Below, piece by piece: positions 26,601 through 40,200 of a stretch of 64,000 bases of DNA (the first letter of the stretch is position 1; every line of letters starts with the position of its first letter). The stretch is taken from contig NW_027271709.1 in assembly GCF_040938485.1 (NCBI RefSeq), positions 62,001 through 126,000 on the forward strand, read 5' to 3'. Made by a program: the position numbers and the translations under genes. A model generated the notes under the pieces. It was not told the origin of the DNA. It made no database searches and was given only the letters and a program-made list of their open reading frames with translations. This DNA is from Diadema antillarum. Lineage: Eukaryota.

Positions 26601-29286
26601 CAACCCAGGGAGACTGTAAATATTAGATTTATGCAAGTGAGATGGTATAAATAATCATCTTAAATCCTTCAGCACCTACTGCTTTCTCGAAATGACAAAC
26701 TGTTTGATCTTTACTGAAGGAAGCAGTAAAATTCCAGACAATTTCATGTGGGTTTAAACAAATTTACCTTTGTCGTATGTGCAGAGATTTGGATTGTGTA
26801 GTTGGCACAATACAAGGAAAATATGAAGAACACACATGCAAGGGCAGCCATGGGTTTAGAGAGAGAGAGAGAGAGAGAGAGAGCCATAGGCAGTTCGAGG
26901 AATATATACGTAAGGTCGATACATTGTAGTTCAAATTGCGGTACCATAATTGCAGACTGCCTCAAAAACCTGTGGTCCCACATACTACAAATACTGTATG
27001 TGCCGAATATTCCGCAAGGTTTTTATTTTCACGAATTTCACAAGTCAGGTGCTTTTCGTGAAATTAAAGACACGCGAAAAAATTGACTATGATCTCGATA
27101 TGAATGTGACGTATTGGTGTGCACATTTCTCCGTTCAGTTCAGTACTCCATGATCGCAAATTTAAGCACTCGCGACATCGTCGGGAACTCCCGATTCGTG
27201 AAAATTTAGACTCGCTAAATATATATCGTATACTAGTACAGTAGTATCTGAGTTTCAGGTAGGGTTATTTCATTTGCTGACTTTCTTTAATATTGTATGC
27301 TGTTTTTCTTTTTTTTTGAGAGAGAGAATGAATGAGAGAAGGATGAATGTTTGTTTCTGCAGACATTTTTAGGATGTGTCCCTTTCATACATGTAGATAT
27401 ACTGTCGTTACTTGTACTTCGCACGAGGATATAGCATTTGAACTGATCAATTTGCATGGATGTATTCAGTACGCAGTTCATGAATGCTCTTAGATCAGTG
27501 ATGGCCTGGAAATACCTAAAGATGTGTTCAAAAATAAGATATAAGTGATATAACTAGATGAAGAAAGAAATATCAAGTTAAGTGAGTAGCTCACTCCAGC
27601 CAGAAGCAAGTCTGAATTTAGATGCTTCTGTAGATTGGTTCATTTGAAACCTCTTGTATGTCTCAGGGAATTCCAGTCACATCATCAACACTTTTTCCAT
27701 GGCCTGTCAGAGAAATGAAAGGGACAGTATATATATGCAAAAGTTACTGCAGTGCTGCGGGATTTCCCTCCCTCAGTACCGGCAGCATTCGGCCAGTAAG
27801 TGGTCGTTATCCCCTCGTGATGTGGGGAGGTTGGTTTTCAATTTGGGATGCGGTGCCGGGCTTTCTATTGGGCTGGGGCGAGAAACCCAAGCTCTGCCCC
27901 GCCGAAATCCCCGTACAAATACGATATGTGTTGTGCCTTCAGCACAATTCTTTTTCTCCTCTGCCCCCCCCCCCTCTTTTTTTTTTCTGTCTCTCCTCTT
28001 TCATTAAAACATTTTCTTAGAGCATTCAATTTCACAACCCCAAGAGGGAGGAGGAAGAAGAAGGCGGAGAAAAAGGAGGGAAAAAAGACGTGGGGAGGAA
28101 GAAAGGAAGGATGTCTCTAATGATTATCTCCCGCCGTCTTCTATTTCGCTCATGATCACATTCTCCGGGGCGTTGAGAGTTATCAATTTTAAAAACTGCG
28201 ATAACAGTTTGGTTAACCGACACACTGCGGAGCCTCTGGGCCAGGATTTTGACATTTCTTCAGTGTCTCAACCCGTCCCGGGGGGTGGGGGGGGGGAGGG
28301 GAGGGGGAGGGCAAAGGGAACAATCTACAGACTGGAGACAAGTTTGTATTCTAAAAGGAAATTTTGTTTTTCTTTGTTGTTTCATCGTTATACTAATGGT
28401 TTAAGGGGAGAAAAGAAGGGTAGTAGACATGAAGCTAAGGACTCAAAGCCCACTGGCTTCATAACAAGACATGACACATGTGGTAAGCATCGATTGGTGG
28501 TGAGTCTGATGCATACTTTAAAAGCAAGACATTTGCACGGCATGAAATTTTCACAAATTGCCACTGGCATTCAATGCATACAATGTAGTGTAGGCAAGAA
28601 CTTTTGCATGCATTTTAATTTCACAAATCTTGGCTGGCACAAAATTTGCAAAATTATAGAATGCATGCAAAAATCTCTGGTTTTACAGTGCTTTGAAAAA
28701 AGGCTCTGGTATAACTCATTGGCACCGAGATATATCCCAGAGAAATGTACTATAGTGCACTCTCATTATAACGAAATTCTTGTTAAAAGAAGGTAAAACT
28801 CCAGATCTCAAAATTATCATCTACATATCTTTATATCCTTTACTTTTTGGCTATAAAAAAATTTTGTTGTAACAAAAGAGAACTGCAGGTCCCGAGGACT
28901 TCATTATAAGAAGAGTCACCTGTATACAATAATAAACTCTCTAATTCCCTTCATTTCTTCGTTTATAAGAAACTCCTGTTTGAATTGATTTTCCCCAAGA
29001 GAGTTTGTGCATATTTTCTCTTTTGAAATTTTCATCAAATAGAGTGCTTTTTAAACACATTTTAGTCAGTGGAACAGTACCCTGGGGTTTGCCTTTCACA
29101 CGTGTCGGGTAAAGCATGCTATGTAGAAATCTAAGAATGTCCCGCATGTGAACTCAACCTTATTTCTGGCACTTGGTATGTGTATGCAGACAGTCATCAC
29201 AGTGGTTTTAATGTGGAAGCAGCTTCCCCCCACGAGTGGGTTGAACAACCTGAAAGGCAGAGAGAGAGGATGAGAAAAAGAGAGAA

Positions 29287-29366
<80 letters not shown>

Positions 29367-32300
29367 TCACTGGTTTGAACAATAATCACCGATATCTCAA
29401 CAGCTGCATTGAACTTGGAAAGCATGTGCTCTCAGCTTCTTGGGTTTCCCCCGTACGACACTCAATCGGATGTTTCAAGAGCCGCAGATTTGAAAATCAA
29501 CCCACAAACACAGGTGCAAGAGCAGGCAGCTATTTCACTCATGTAGACGAAAGAAGAAGAAACAAACTGAAAAGGAGTGGTGGGGGGGGCAAAGAAAATG
29601 TTATGACTTAAATGGTGAGCGTCATGTTACATTTATTTGATATGTACATTGTAGTCCTTGATGTTCAGTCACAGAGCAAAGGCGTGTTGAAGGCGAGGTG
29701 AACTGAGAATAAAAAGAATTGGGGGGGGGGGGGAGGAGGAGGTACATGCATATACACTTGTACATTACCTCACAGTAAGAGAGACATGGAAGTGATAATG
29801 CACGTACGGGTAGCTCAGTGTCAAATCTCTATGTAGGAGTCCAAATGTGAACAGCTTCTCGTCTGCTTCTCAAAACTGCAAATTTAACACTGATTTATTA
29901 ATACACTATTACAATCAAAAGAAGAAACAAAAAAGCAGCAACACAGGCCTACATTGTATAGAAAATGTAATATTTTACCAGTTGATACCAGAATGGGACA
30001 AGACTTTTATGTAAATGTATGCAATTTGTATCTGAACCAGTGATAAAATAACATTTTCACTTCATTGTCAGTTGGACATTATGATTGTTATCTTAAATAC
30101 CAGTCCGCAGATTCTTAACCTTTTTTTTCTTCAAATTTCCGGTTGGTAAATATCAAAATGGGTCTCTTCCTTACCCCATTAGGTGGGAGACAGACAATTG
30201 TATCTTTCAGTGAGACTGTGAATTGATGTGACTCCGTACGATAGGGGAGGCACATCAAAATTAAGGAAGAGATACCTTACACATCAGAGGCAGTGAGACA
30301 CAAGTTACATGTATCTCCTGAGGGCGACATGCTTGTCGTCTTCATACAGACGGCGCATTTAGGACTCGCTAACAAGACAGTCAACAAGTTCATTTTCGGA
30401 CAGAATTTCGGTTTCAGGAACTTTGTAATAGACAGAAAGTGTGAGCAAAAAGTGAAATTTCTCGTGTAGCTAATAGGAAAGAAAAGAAAAAAGAGACAAA
30501 AACATGCAATAGAGCTCCATGAAACTCAATCAGACACCTCGCCATTTTCCAACGAGCAAATCAGGCGCAAATTTATTCCTCGCCAGCATCTAAAACTGAC
30601 TAGGTATTCTTTTCGTTTCATCCGCTGCCGCTCTGTTTGCACTCCCTTGAAGAGCAAACACGGTGAAAAAAAAGGGATACGCGCTTTTGTCTCTACTCTA
30701 TCTCACTTTCTCTCTTTTTTTTCCCTGTCTCTTTTCCTTCTATGTGGGTGTGGGTGTGGGTGTACATACATGTGACGTTCCTTTCTTCATGTGCAGCCCG
30801 CGCGGGATTGTCACGTTCAATGATGAAATGTTTTAACAGCCGAAGTCGGCCAGGTAATAAAACTTGCCAAGCATGAGTTTGACTCAATACCCACGTTGTC
30901 ACTCTTGTTTGTCTGCTGTCATACAATCTGCTGGTGGTGGTTTAACTCTATCTTTACCCACCGGCAACCTGTTTGTACATGAATGCCAAATGCCATTTTA
31001 GCCAGCTGATGCTGAGGGGATTAATAGGGCTTTAAGATTAAAAAAAAGCCTTCCTCAATAAAAAAAAGAAACCCAAAACAAGTTAAAGCTGTAACCCATC
31101 ATACCTGCTGTTTGCTGTAGAATCTGTGGTTACAGTAAAGGCAGAACTAATATGTGATATCTCAATCAAATTTGTTAGTGCAGAGGGAAGAATTCTTATT
31201 TGAGGTACTCATTATAGGAGAAAGAATATTGGTCCCTGTAAATGCATTTGATGGATTCATACTATTCAGAAAGAGCATTGCACACACACTAAAAAAAAAA
31301 AGAAGAAACTATGGGGAAATTTGCATTCCTATTTTACAGGCGCTTTCTTCTGTCGCATTCTCTCTCTATTCAATGTTGCCCACATTTCATAGCAACACAA
31401 TATATGCAGGTCTGCACAGAGTTGCTATGTTCGGCTGAAATTTGCAATAGCAGCTAACAGACAGGATATAATTTAATACCACATCCCCGGCACTCAACTC
31501 CCACCAGGGGATATACACGTTTGTGGTCAGTCTCAAGTGTTGACTTTAACATTTGCAATCAACTTATAGTGTACAAAAGAAAAAAAAAAAACCCGGAAAA
31601 CTCAGTCTCAAAAGGGAGCGTTTAATCGGAAATGATGCCAGCACCTTTATACTGCTCAGTGAAAGAGGCTGTCAGTCAGAACACTGAAGAGGAGGATGTA
31701 AACAATATTCCTTATTTCTGCTGGATGTACAATGATTATGTGACTATAATACAGTGCCATGTTACCTAGACCTGTGGTCAGGAGCAGACATTTAACCTTG
31801 TGTGTCTGCTTCAGAAATGGATCTTAAAGTTTAATATCATATATCGCATCCTGATTGCCGATGGAGATTGCAATTACTATCAAACCTGGGCCCTGTTGCA
31901 TAAAACCCTTACCGCTGGACTTATCGCTCCTTTCTAGCAGTAAGTCTTCAAATTAGCGGTAAATTTTATAATCCTTGATGCTGATGGGCTGTGACGCCTA
32001 ATTTTGACGGTAGTTACCATTGAAATTTAATGGTAAGTTTTATGCAACGGGCCACTGTTTGGTCCTTTGTTTCTTAAAACATGTGCTTCCCTGGCAGGAT
32101 GGACCGTTTTAATGTCATTTTCGGTTTTTACCACATTCACAGTAGTGTGTGACAAAGACTTGTGGTAGATTTCTGTTGTGTGTTCCAGCAGCAGACATAT
32201 ATTATCTAGATGGTTAGATATACTTACTTATTGCAGCCACTTGTTGCAGCCACTTGTTGCAGCCACCTGTTGGTTGCAGCTACATATGAAAAACACTCCA

Positions 32301-35300
32301 GTGGTAGTAAATGACATGCATTCTTTGTACAACAAAACAAAAGATGTGTTGCACATTCAGATTATGATTCATGTTGGGGATCCTATGGTATTGATAAAGA
32401 GCTAAATGTATTCCTGTGATTCATTGTGAATGCCACGTGTTACATACTAGGCTACATATACATGTATTCTGTATACACTGTTGACAGGAGTCATATTTTA
32501 CTGCCTCACCTTGCTTCAAATCTTTCACTATCACGTTTGTTCTCCATTCTACCCACCCCAGCTGATGCAGGCAGCGGAGGAGAAGCGGCTTGAACTGGAA
32601 CGCGAGCATGAGCAGGCCCTGCAAGACCTGCAGGAGAGGCAGGATGAGATCAGGCGGCTGCAGCAGGTGAGAAGGGGGCCTTGAATCCTAGACATGCTAG
32701 TGTAGGGCGACCAAAGGACCCAATCCACTGGACCTCACTCAAAAATCGTAAAGCGACAGATACATTGCTACTACTACCTACTACAGATGCATGCCAAAAA
32801 AAGGAATACTTTAGGCTTTAATTACAACTTAATGAATCTTCTATTTTTGCATTTGTATTATTCAGGGCTCACCAGTTATTTTTTCCTCAGGTGGCCCACT
32901 CAGGCCACAAATATCATCAAATTTGAAAAGTTGGCCCCCCAAAAAGAAATGTTGTGGTGCTGAATAAAAGGAAACATATCAATCTCTTTGGAAACTTACA
33001 ATGTTGTAGTTACCATCTGTTTGGCCACCAGAAGATAAACTTTTGAAAATTTGGTGGCAGAACATCAATTTTGGTTGCCCCAGGCCAGCATGACACTGCC
33101 AATGTTGAGTCCTGTTATTACTATATCACGTGCATATACCTATTAGTGAAATATGTGTTCATGTAGAAACCACCATGGGTATTGGTATGGGTTGGGGTTT
33201 GGGATTCTTCTCTATTTTTTTTTCTCCCTTCTTTATTTGTGTTCCCTCCATGTTCAGCAGCAGATGGCTTTGAGGTGAAGATTTTGAGTTAAAAGAGTTT
33301 TTCTTCTGTATGATATCACTGGCCTCAATAACAGAAATTGGTGAAACCCACCCCATTTTCGCAAGAATTCGATTTCACCGTCGGGAGGACGAGGCCCGGA
33401 CGACATCTCGATGAAAGTTCAGCGGGGTGGTGCAAGAGGAGAAAGTGACCTTTAAGCGCAGGCTCGGGTTCAGGGAGTTGATATTCTCTCCTCCCGCATC
33501 TGAATTTGGGAGCAGGAGGGCATCACACCCTTGCCACCCTGTCTCCACCTTTCAGATGCGGAGTGCTCGGAGAGGGGTGGATATTAATGACTTCATGACC
33601 AGGACTGAGATTGACCATATTCCCCCTTCTCCCTCCTCCCCCCCCCCCCCCCCCCCCACCATCTCTGGCTTCTTGCAGAGGGGCGACCATGTCCCCCTGG
33701 ACATTGGCGGGGAATTGATTAATCGTGGCTAGAGCCACTATGCATCACCTCTGTTGTGGAAATCCATTTTAGCTACTCCAATTGACATGAGTTTTACCCT
33801 CTGATTAAAACTTGCTGTAGGGGGTTGTAAACACTTGCAAAATGCTGTGTTTTACCCTTGTATGACATGATGAAAAGGCAGTTGGCTTAGTAATGCAGTG
33901 ACAACTAAAACGGCAAAAAAATAACAACAAACAAACAGGAACTGCATTTTTTTTTGTTACGTGTATATCACTAATTGAGTAATGGGTATACACATGAAGC
34001 AACCCATTGGCGACCTGAAATTTGCACAGCCTTCTTCAAGACATTAGAACATATGCAACAGTGACTTCATACAATTCTTGCCTCAATTCAAACCTTGGTG
34101 AATTTTTACATACTGATGCTTTGGCAGGGAGTACAACCATGTAGCATGCTTCCACAAGTATTGCTTAAATCGTGGCATATACTCATCCCCAGACTGACTC
34201 CTCTGAACTCTCAAAAAACAACAACAACAACTCACTGCGCAATCAGTTTTGCATGGATGGCAACAGGCAGAGAAAAGGTAACCAGAGCGTTATAAAGGCT
34301 TGTCAGACGGTGAGAGCCCCTCAAAATTCAAAGTTGTGGGTTAAGAGATGTGCGTACCTTTGAGGCACCTGTAAGATTCTCGATCGTTGGCTCGGATTCT
34401 GTGTATCTGTCCCACATCGCCCTTGCCTTTAGTAGGCCAAGTCCCATTTCTCAGAGGACGGGAAGCAAGATTGGGGAAACTCTGGTGTTTTTGAGGATGC
34501 AAGGGGGAACAGGAGTGGGGGGGGGGGAAGGGAGGAAGGGGTTGGTAGGGTAGTATAGGGAAAAGGAAGATAAAGAAAGATAAAGAAAGAGTGATAGAGA
34601 TAGAGACTTGCATGAAATCTGGGTTGCAGCTGTAGGTGAAGATGAGGACAGACGGGGACAAATCAGGACTAGAATTTCTGTCTCCCGGTGTAGAGTATCT
34701 CGGCTGTCGCCAATTTTTTCCCCATTCTGCCTCTAGGGGGGTTTATACCTACTGTAGCCGTGGCTGCGTGTAGCGCAAGGCATCGGGAATGAGTTACCTG
34801 TATTACGAAAACAGCACGCACACCGGATCTGGTTTCAAGTTGAAAGAAAAGCGTTTGCCAGCCAGAGATTACTCAAGGTAGTCCTTGACTTAATTGAAAG
34901 AAACTTCATGCCGAAGTAGACAAACACGAGAGAAGATCAGGGAAGGGAGTAAGGAGGGAATAATTGAGTAAGGTACAGTGCTCTTGCACATTGCACGGGA
35001 AACAACCTTTTTTGCCATTTACAAATCTACATCATTTCTGTTCGGAGAAAGAGGGGACAGTATTCCACTTATTATGATGTGATCAGTGTAGTTTACATAG
35101 TGACCAGAGTTTACACTTTATCAGTTTACAATTTATCAATGCTTCGATATCAGTGATTTTGGAGTTTGTGTTGCCTGATTTTCCTTTTCTTTCTTTCTTT
35201 TTTGTGCAGCAAAATTTTAACTGCGTATTTTTCTTTTTCAGTATGAAAGGAAGTAGGGAGTATTCTACACAGGGAATGGAGTGGAAATGCAGAAGCCAGT

Positions 35301-37164
35301 TTTGAGCTTTGTAAAACTGAGAAACGGCAAAGAGAAAAACGGCAAAGAGAAAAACCATTTTTGTTTTTCTCCTTCAAGAGTGATGACACTTTAAGATGTC
35401 GCCTGAGGAGAGTGTTAAATAGAGCAGGAAGGATTAGGATTGAGTGGTAATGGGGTTAATGTGCCACATATCAAAGAACTTCCTTTTTTTCTTCCCTACT
35501 CTCTCTCTCTCTCTTATTTTTTTTTTTTTACTTTTCCATGCATAAACGAGGTTGATTCATATGCAAACCACATTTAGGCCGCATGAAGCCGAGCCACATG
35601 GTGGCCGACGGAGGCACACTTTTTAAGACCATAAAGCCGCTGCGGGCCCTGGTCACCCCGGTGCTCGAAAAAAAGACACAGCGCACGCAGCGGTGCTGCT
35701 ATCGGACATGGCGCTCCGTCAAAATGGGAATTGATGGATGCGATTTTGGATGAGCAAGAGATTTATTGTTTTCCACTCACTCTCTGAGCCAAGGTAGTCG
35801 CTCTCCATCGCATTACACCTCAAATTTCACTCAGAAAATGGTGTGCGATTGGCCCATATCAACTTGTAGCATAAGCTGCCTGAGGTAGTGCAGTTAGGGA
35901 TGATATAATATTCTTGACAGATGCGCATCTCCTTTATGCATTATCAATAAGGAAATATAAATATATGTCTGTATATACATGTATTATATACTATTTAACT
36001 CTGGGTTTGAATAGATAGAAAATAGTTGTAGATGGATAGATATAGAGATAGATAGATAAATAAATAAATAAATGGATAAATAGATACATAGATGAATATA
36101 TTGTATACTGCATATACAGATAAATAGATAGAGAAATAGATAGATAGACAGATAGATAGAAAGATAAACAGATAGATACGATAGATAAATTCAAACACTG
36201 ACATACAGTAAGTAGCCAAATCGGGAAATGTACCTGCTACTAAACACCAATGATATGCTTGCCTTGCCTTGTGTGTGTGTCAAACTAAAAAAAAAAGACA
36301 CTCAAGTGCTTCAAAGATATTTTCACTGCTCCCTTGGAATTTAACCATATTCCATGAAAATTTAATGACAACTGTTGATTCATAATGAAAATTTTTGTTC
36401 ATATCTTGCATGAAGTTGTTGTCCTGATGAGGTATCCATGATTTTCGCAAATGAAGGTTTTTTTTTTGTGTTTGCATATTTTTATACAAAAGTCTTGCCA
36501 AAGCTACATTTGTACATGTACACTATCAATAATAGGCAATTGTGCAGCTGATTCAGCAAACACTGGCAACCCATGGAAATCCACACGTAATGGACACTCC
36601 ATGAACCAAGATTATAGCAGTGTGATTTCATCCCGTGCTGACTTGCAAATCAAACGAAATGAAATATTTAGCCAAAACGTAGAAGGAAAAAGATGCCGGG
36701 TAGCACCTCTGTTGTGCCTTCTGATGATCAGCCATTTCCAAAACATCAAACACTTCAAGGATTCATTCAACCAGCTGACACATCATTCATATCTTTGTCA
36801 AGTTGCCTGGCACAAAATTATTCATGAGCGTTGGAAGTTTATCGGTGCATTCAAATGATTGTGTACTCACTTTCCACCACGGAGCTCTTGGTATTCATCT
36901 CTGCAAGCATTGCAAAAGAGCTTGCGAGCTGTCGAGATTTCACACCTCCCTGTCACGTACACACATTCACGCAGCCTTGACGACTGCGATGCCCTTGAGC
37001 ACACAGGCTTCTGTGGGGGGCCAGTATTAAAGTTCAGACATTCCATGTTTGAAATATTGAGCTTGAGACTTTCAAGATCAATATTTTTAGAGGATGCATT
37101 TTCTCCTAAGCTTACAATTCAGATCAGCAGATTTAGTTGTGTGTATGTGTGTTGTGGATGTGTG

Positions 37165-37226
<62 letters not shown>

Positions 37227-40200
37227 TACCTTCAAAGTCACCACTTTATTATACAATGTATTTTGTGTAGAGGGGTTTCCATGTTCTGTTTCAATTATGC
37301 AGGCAGACCAAGAGCAGATAAATGGTCCTAAGTCCTGATTCGTATTCTCATATCTATGGAAGTATTACCATATCTCAGAAACAGCGGGTCATTGGCAGAG
37401 TCATGATGCTTAGAATTTAACCTGAAACCAAATGCACAAAATGATGATTTAAATTTGAATTTAAATTTAAATGCAATACTCAAAAGATAATGTGATTGTT
37501 CTCATTTGTGTATTCATGGTTAAGAAAATGGATGTCGAGAAGCATGGTGTTATCCAGAAATTTGCTTCTCCTGCCTTCATGTATTACTTTTCCCCCTCAT
37601 TATTTCAGTTTCCAAAATGACAGTGATGAATGTCTGTTTCTAAGTGACATACACAATCACACAAAGAGACATGTACAGGTGTATTTAGCCTTTCATACAC
37701 ACAATGGACTCATTGAATTGGCTGATAGAAATAAAGGAGAATGTTTTGTGTATGTACTGTGTAGTTATGCATTGTCATCTTGTGTATATGTGCCTGTGTG
37801 TGTTGTGTAGAGTTAGGTTTCCTTGTCTTGTGTGTGTGTATAGACAGGTGTGCCTTTATTTCGCTGCTCCCCTCTATCACCACACAGGAGCAGGAGGTGG
37901 CCAAGAAGCAGCACAGGGAGTCTGTCTCCAGGCTAGAGCACAAGGTCCAGGACCTGGAGAAGAAGTGGCTGGAACAGTGCCAGAACTTTGGACGGCTGTC
38001 TCAGGAGCTCAGCGCCCTGCGCCTGGAGACCAGCACCCAGCTCCAGACCCTCGCTGCCAGTCCTGGAACCGCCAGGTATGTGTAGATCCAGGACCAAGAA
38101 CTTAAGAAGGGGTACAATGACTCATGGAACCTGAATAATCAAACATTCCTTTCTCTTTACAGTGTGTGTAAATTCAGCTTTTTCAGATGTTTTCTATGAT
38201 AACAGTGTTTATGGTTATAGTGATGCTAGTCGCTGATAAGTGGGCCCACTATTAGCAATATTATTGTCATTGCTGTTGTTATTTTTGTCGCAATCATTAT
38301 ATGAAAATAAAATATTTCCGAATTCTGCCTTTGTATGTAGACCCACATCTGGTTCCAAAAGTATACTCAATTACACATGTTTGGTATGTAATTTGAACTT
38401 TACGTAATTAATCAAAGTAATTTATTTTGAATAATTTGATGTAATAGGTGGTCAACTTCCATTTGGGTTTGCTCTGTTTTATTCTGTCAGAAAGGAGAAT
38501 AAAACAACTATTAAAGAAAATTAATTGGTGTGATTTTTTTTTTGATAGTCTCGCTGTTCAAGTGGTCACCACCCCCTTGTATAACTTGTCCACAGTCGTA
38601 CACCGTGTCCAACGTGAGTGTGTGGTGCGTGAGTATTAAAGTGTTCTTGATTTTTCATTCCCCCCGTCAGGTCAAGGGCCGGACACAACTCCGGCCAGTC
38701 CCTGGGGTCCGCTGCCGTCATCAAGGGCACGGAGGAGGAGAAGGAGGACTGGAAGCGGATAGCGGAGGAGGCCCTCGTTGCCCGGGCAACGGCCGAATTG
38801 TCTGCCTCAGCGCCGAGAGGCGAGACGCTGGTCAGGGCCAAGTCACACGGTAGGGACATCGTGGCTTCTCTTAGCCTCAGTGCATGAAGATGAGTTTCTG
38901 TAGACTGTAGACTGATATCAACAGATTGAAATGATTGTTGCTTGTTGACAGGTTGAATCTATGAAAAGGGTTTATGCCTGTTGAACCTAAACTTTTTTCT
39001 GGAAATCAGTCATGTGCAGCACCAGTCGTATGATGATGGAATTAGTGTTTAAAAAAAAATGTATGAGAAATGAAAGACAATAAGCGAAAAGATTTGATAT
39101 CTAGCCTGTACACTGTACAGAGATCTTTCCAAAGTTTGATGATTACTGGTACATGAACTATCAAACCAGTAAAGAGACGGGTTTGCTTTAATATCTTGCA
39201 TGTGAAGGCATTACCATGAATTGATTTCATAGAATTATATGTAGACAGACAGAATTGTTTCTTTAGTCATCAGACTTTAGACATGTTCATAAATTGATCC
39301 TATGGAAAGCCACTTGTAGACAGATTCAAAGATTGATCCTATGGAAAGCCTCTTGTAGACAGATGGTATTACTGAAGGATTTGTGCCTTAAGACTCCCAA
39401 ATAAATACCCATGGATTTATGTCAGAAAGGAAAACCACCTATAGACAGACAGAATGAAAAAAAAAAGTTGTGCTTCTGTAGACTCCAGATTTTTAATATC
39501 TACAGATTGATGAATTATATGGACTGCCACTTGTATACAAACAGAATAAGAGTGGGTTTGATTTATGGTTAACCTGTCAGCATCCGCTATCAACATCATT
39601 CCACTTTGCTGTGCTGTGTAGTTATTTTCTCAGATGAGGAAGTTCATCTTGCTTTTTTAAAAATATTTCTCAGTTTCTCTTTTCTCAGTCAAGCAGCATT
39701 AGCTAAAGCATACAATTTAGAAATCAGTATTTTTTCTCTCTAAAAAAACCTAGCAATTTGTGTTTTGTACCATCTCTCAGTTGTGTAGTTCATTGTTTTG
39801 ATAAAGATGCCTTAGGTATTTAGATTGAAATCGTGATCAATGGGCCACTAAAAGTGGGACGTTTCTAAAACAGTCGCTCTTTTCTATCTGAATAGTCGCA
39901 ATAATTTTTGGTGCGAAATCAAATTGGTTATGTATGTTCCATAATGCAAGGCGTACAGGACGATGAACTCAAAGCTTGGTCATACTCTGAGATTTTATGC
40001 GCGTGCAGTTTGGCCTTGCTAAAATCAGTGCGATTTGAGTTGCGATTCTTCTCTGTGACAAAATGAGATTTGGATCACATTTTGTTTTCTTTCCTGTGTA
40101 CATGTGTACCAGAGTGCAAAAGAGCGCTACTAGTATTTTAATAGCAATTTGAATTGTGCTTTTTCAGTGTGTGTGAATGGGCCTAGGAAATCTCCCTGGC

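Noticed and set aside
26668-32975. RE1/REST half-sites (ttcagcacc at ~26669, gtggtgctgaa at ~32955)
   Set aside because: Only half-sites; the GGACAG half is absent at the required spacing.
33427-33732. 101-aa + strand ORF with KVTF
   Set aside because: In-frame stop just upstream, poly-C run, and no donor or acceptor linking it to the gene.
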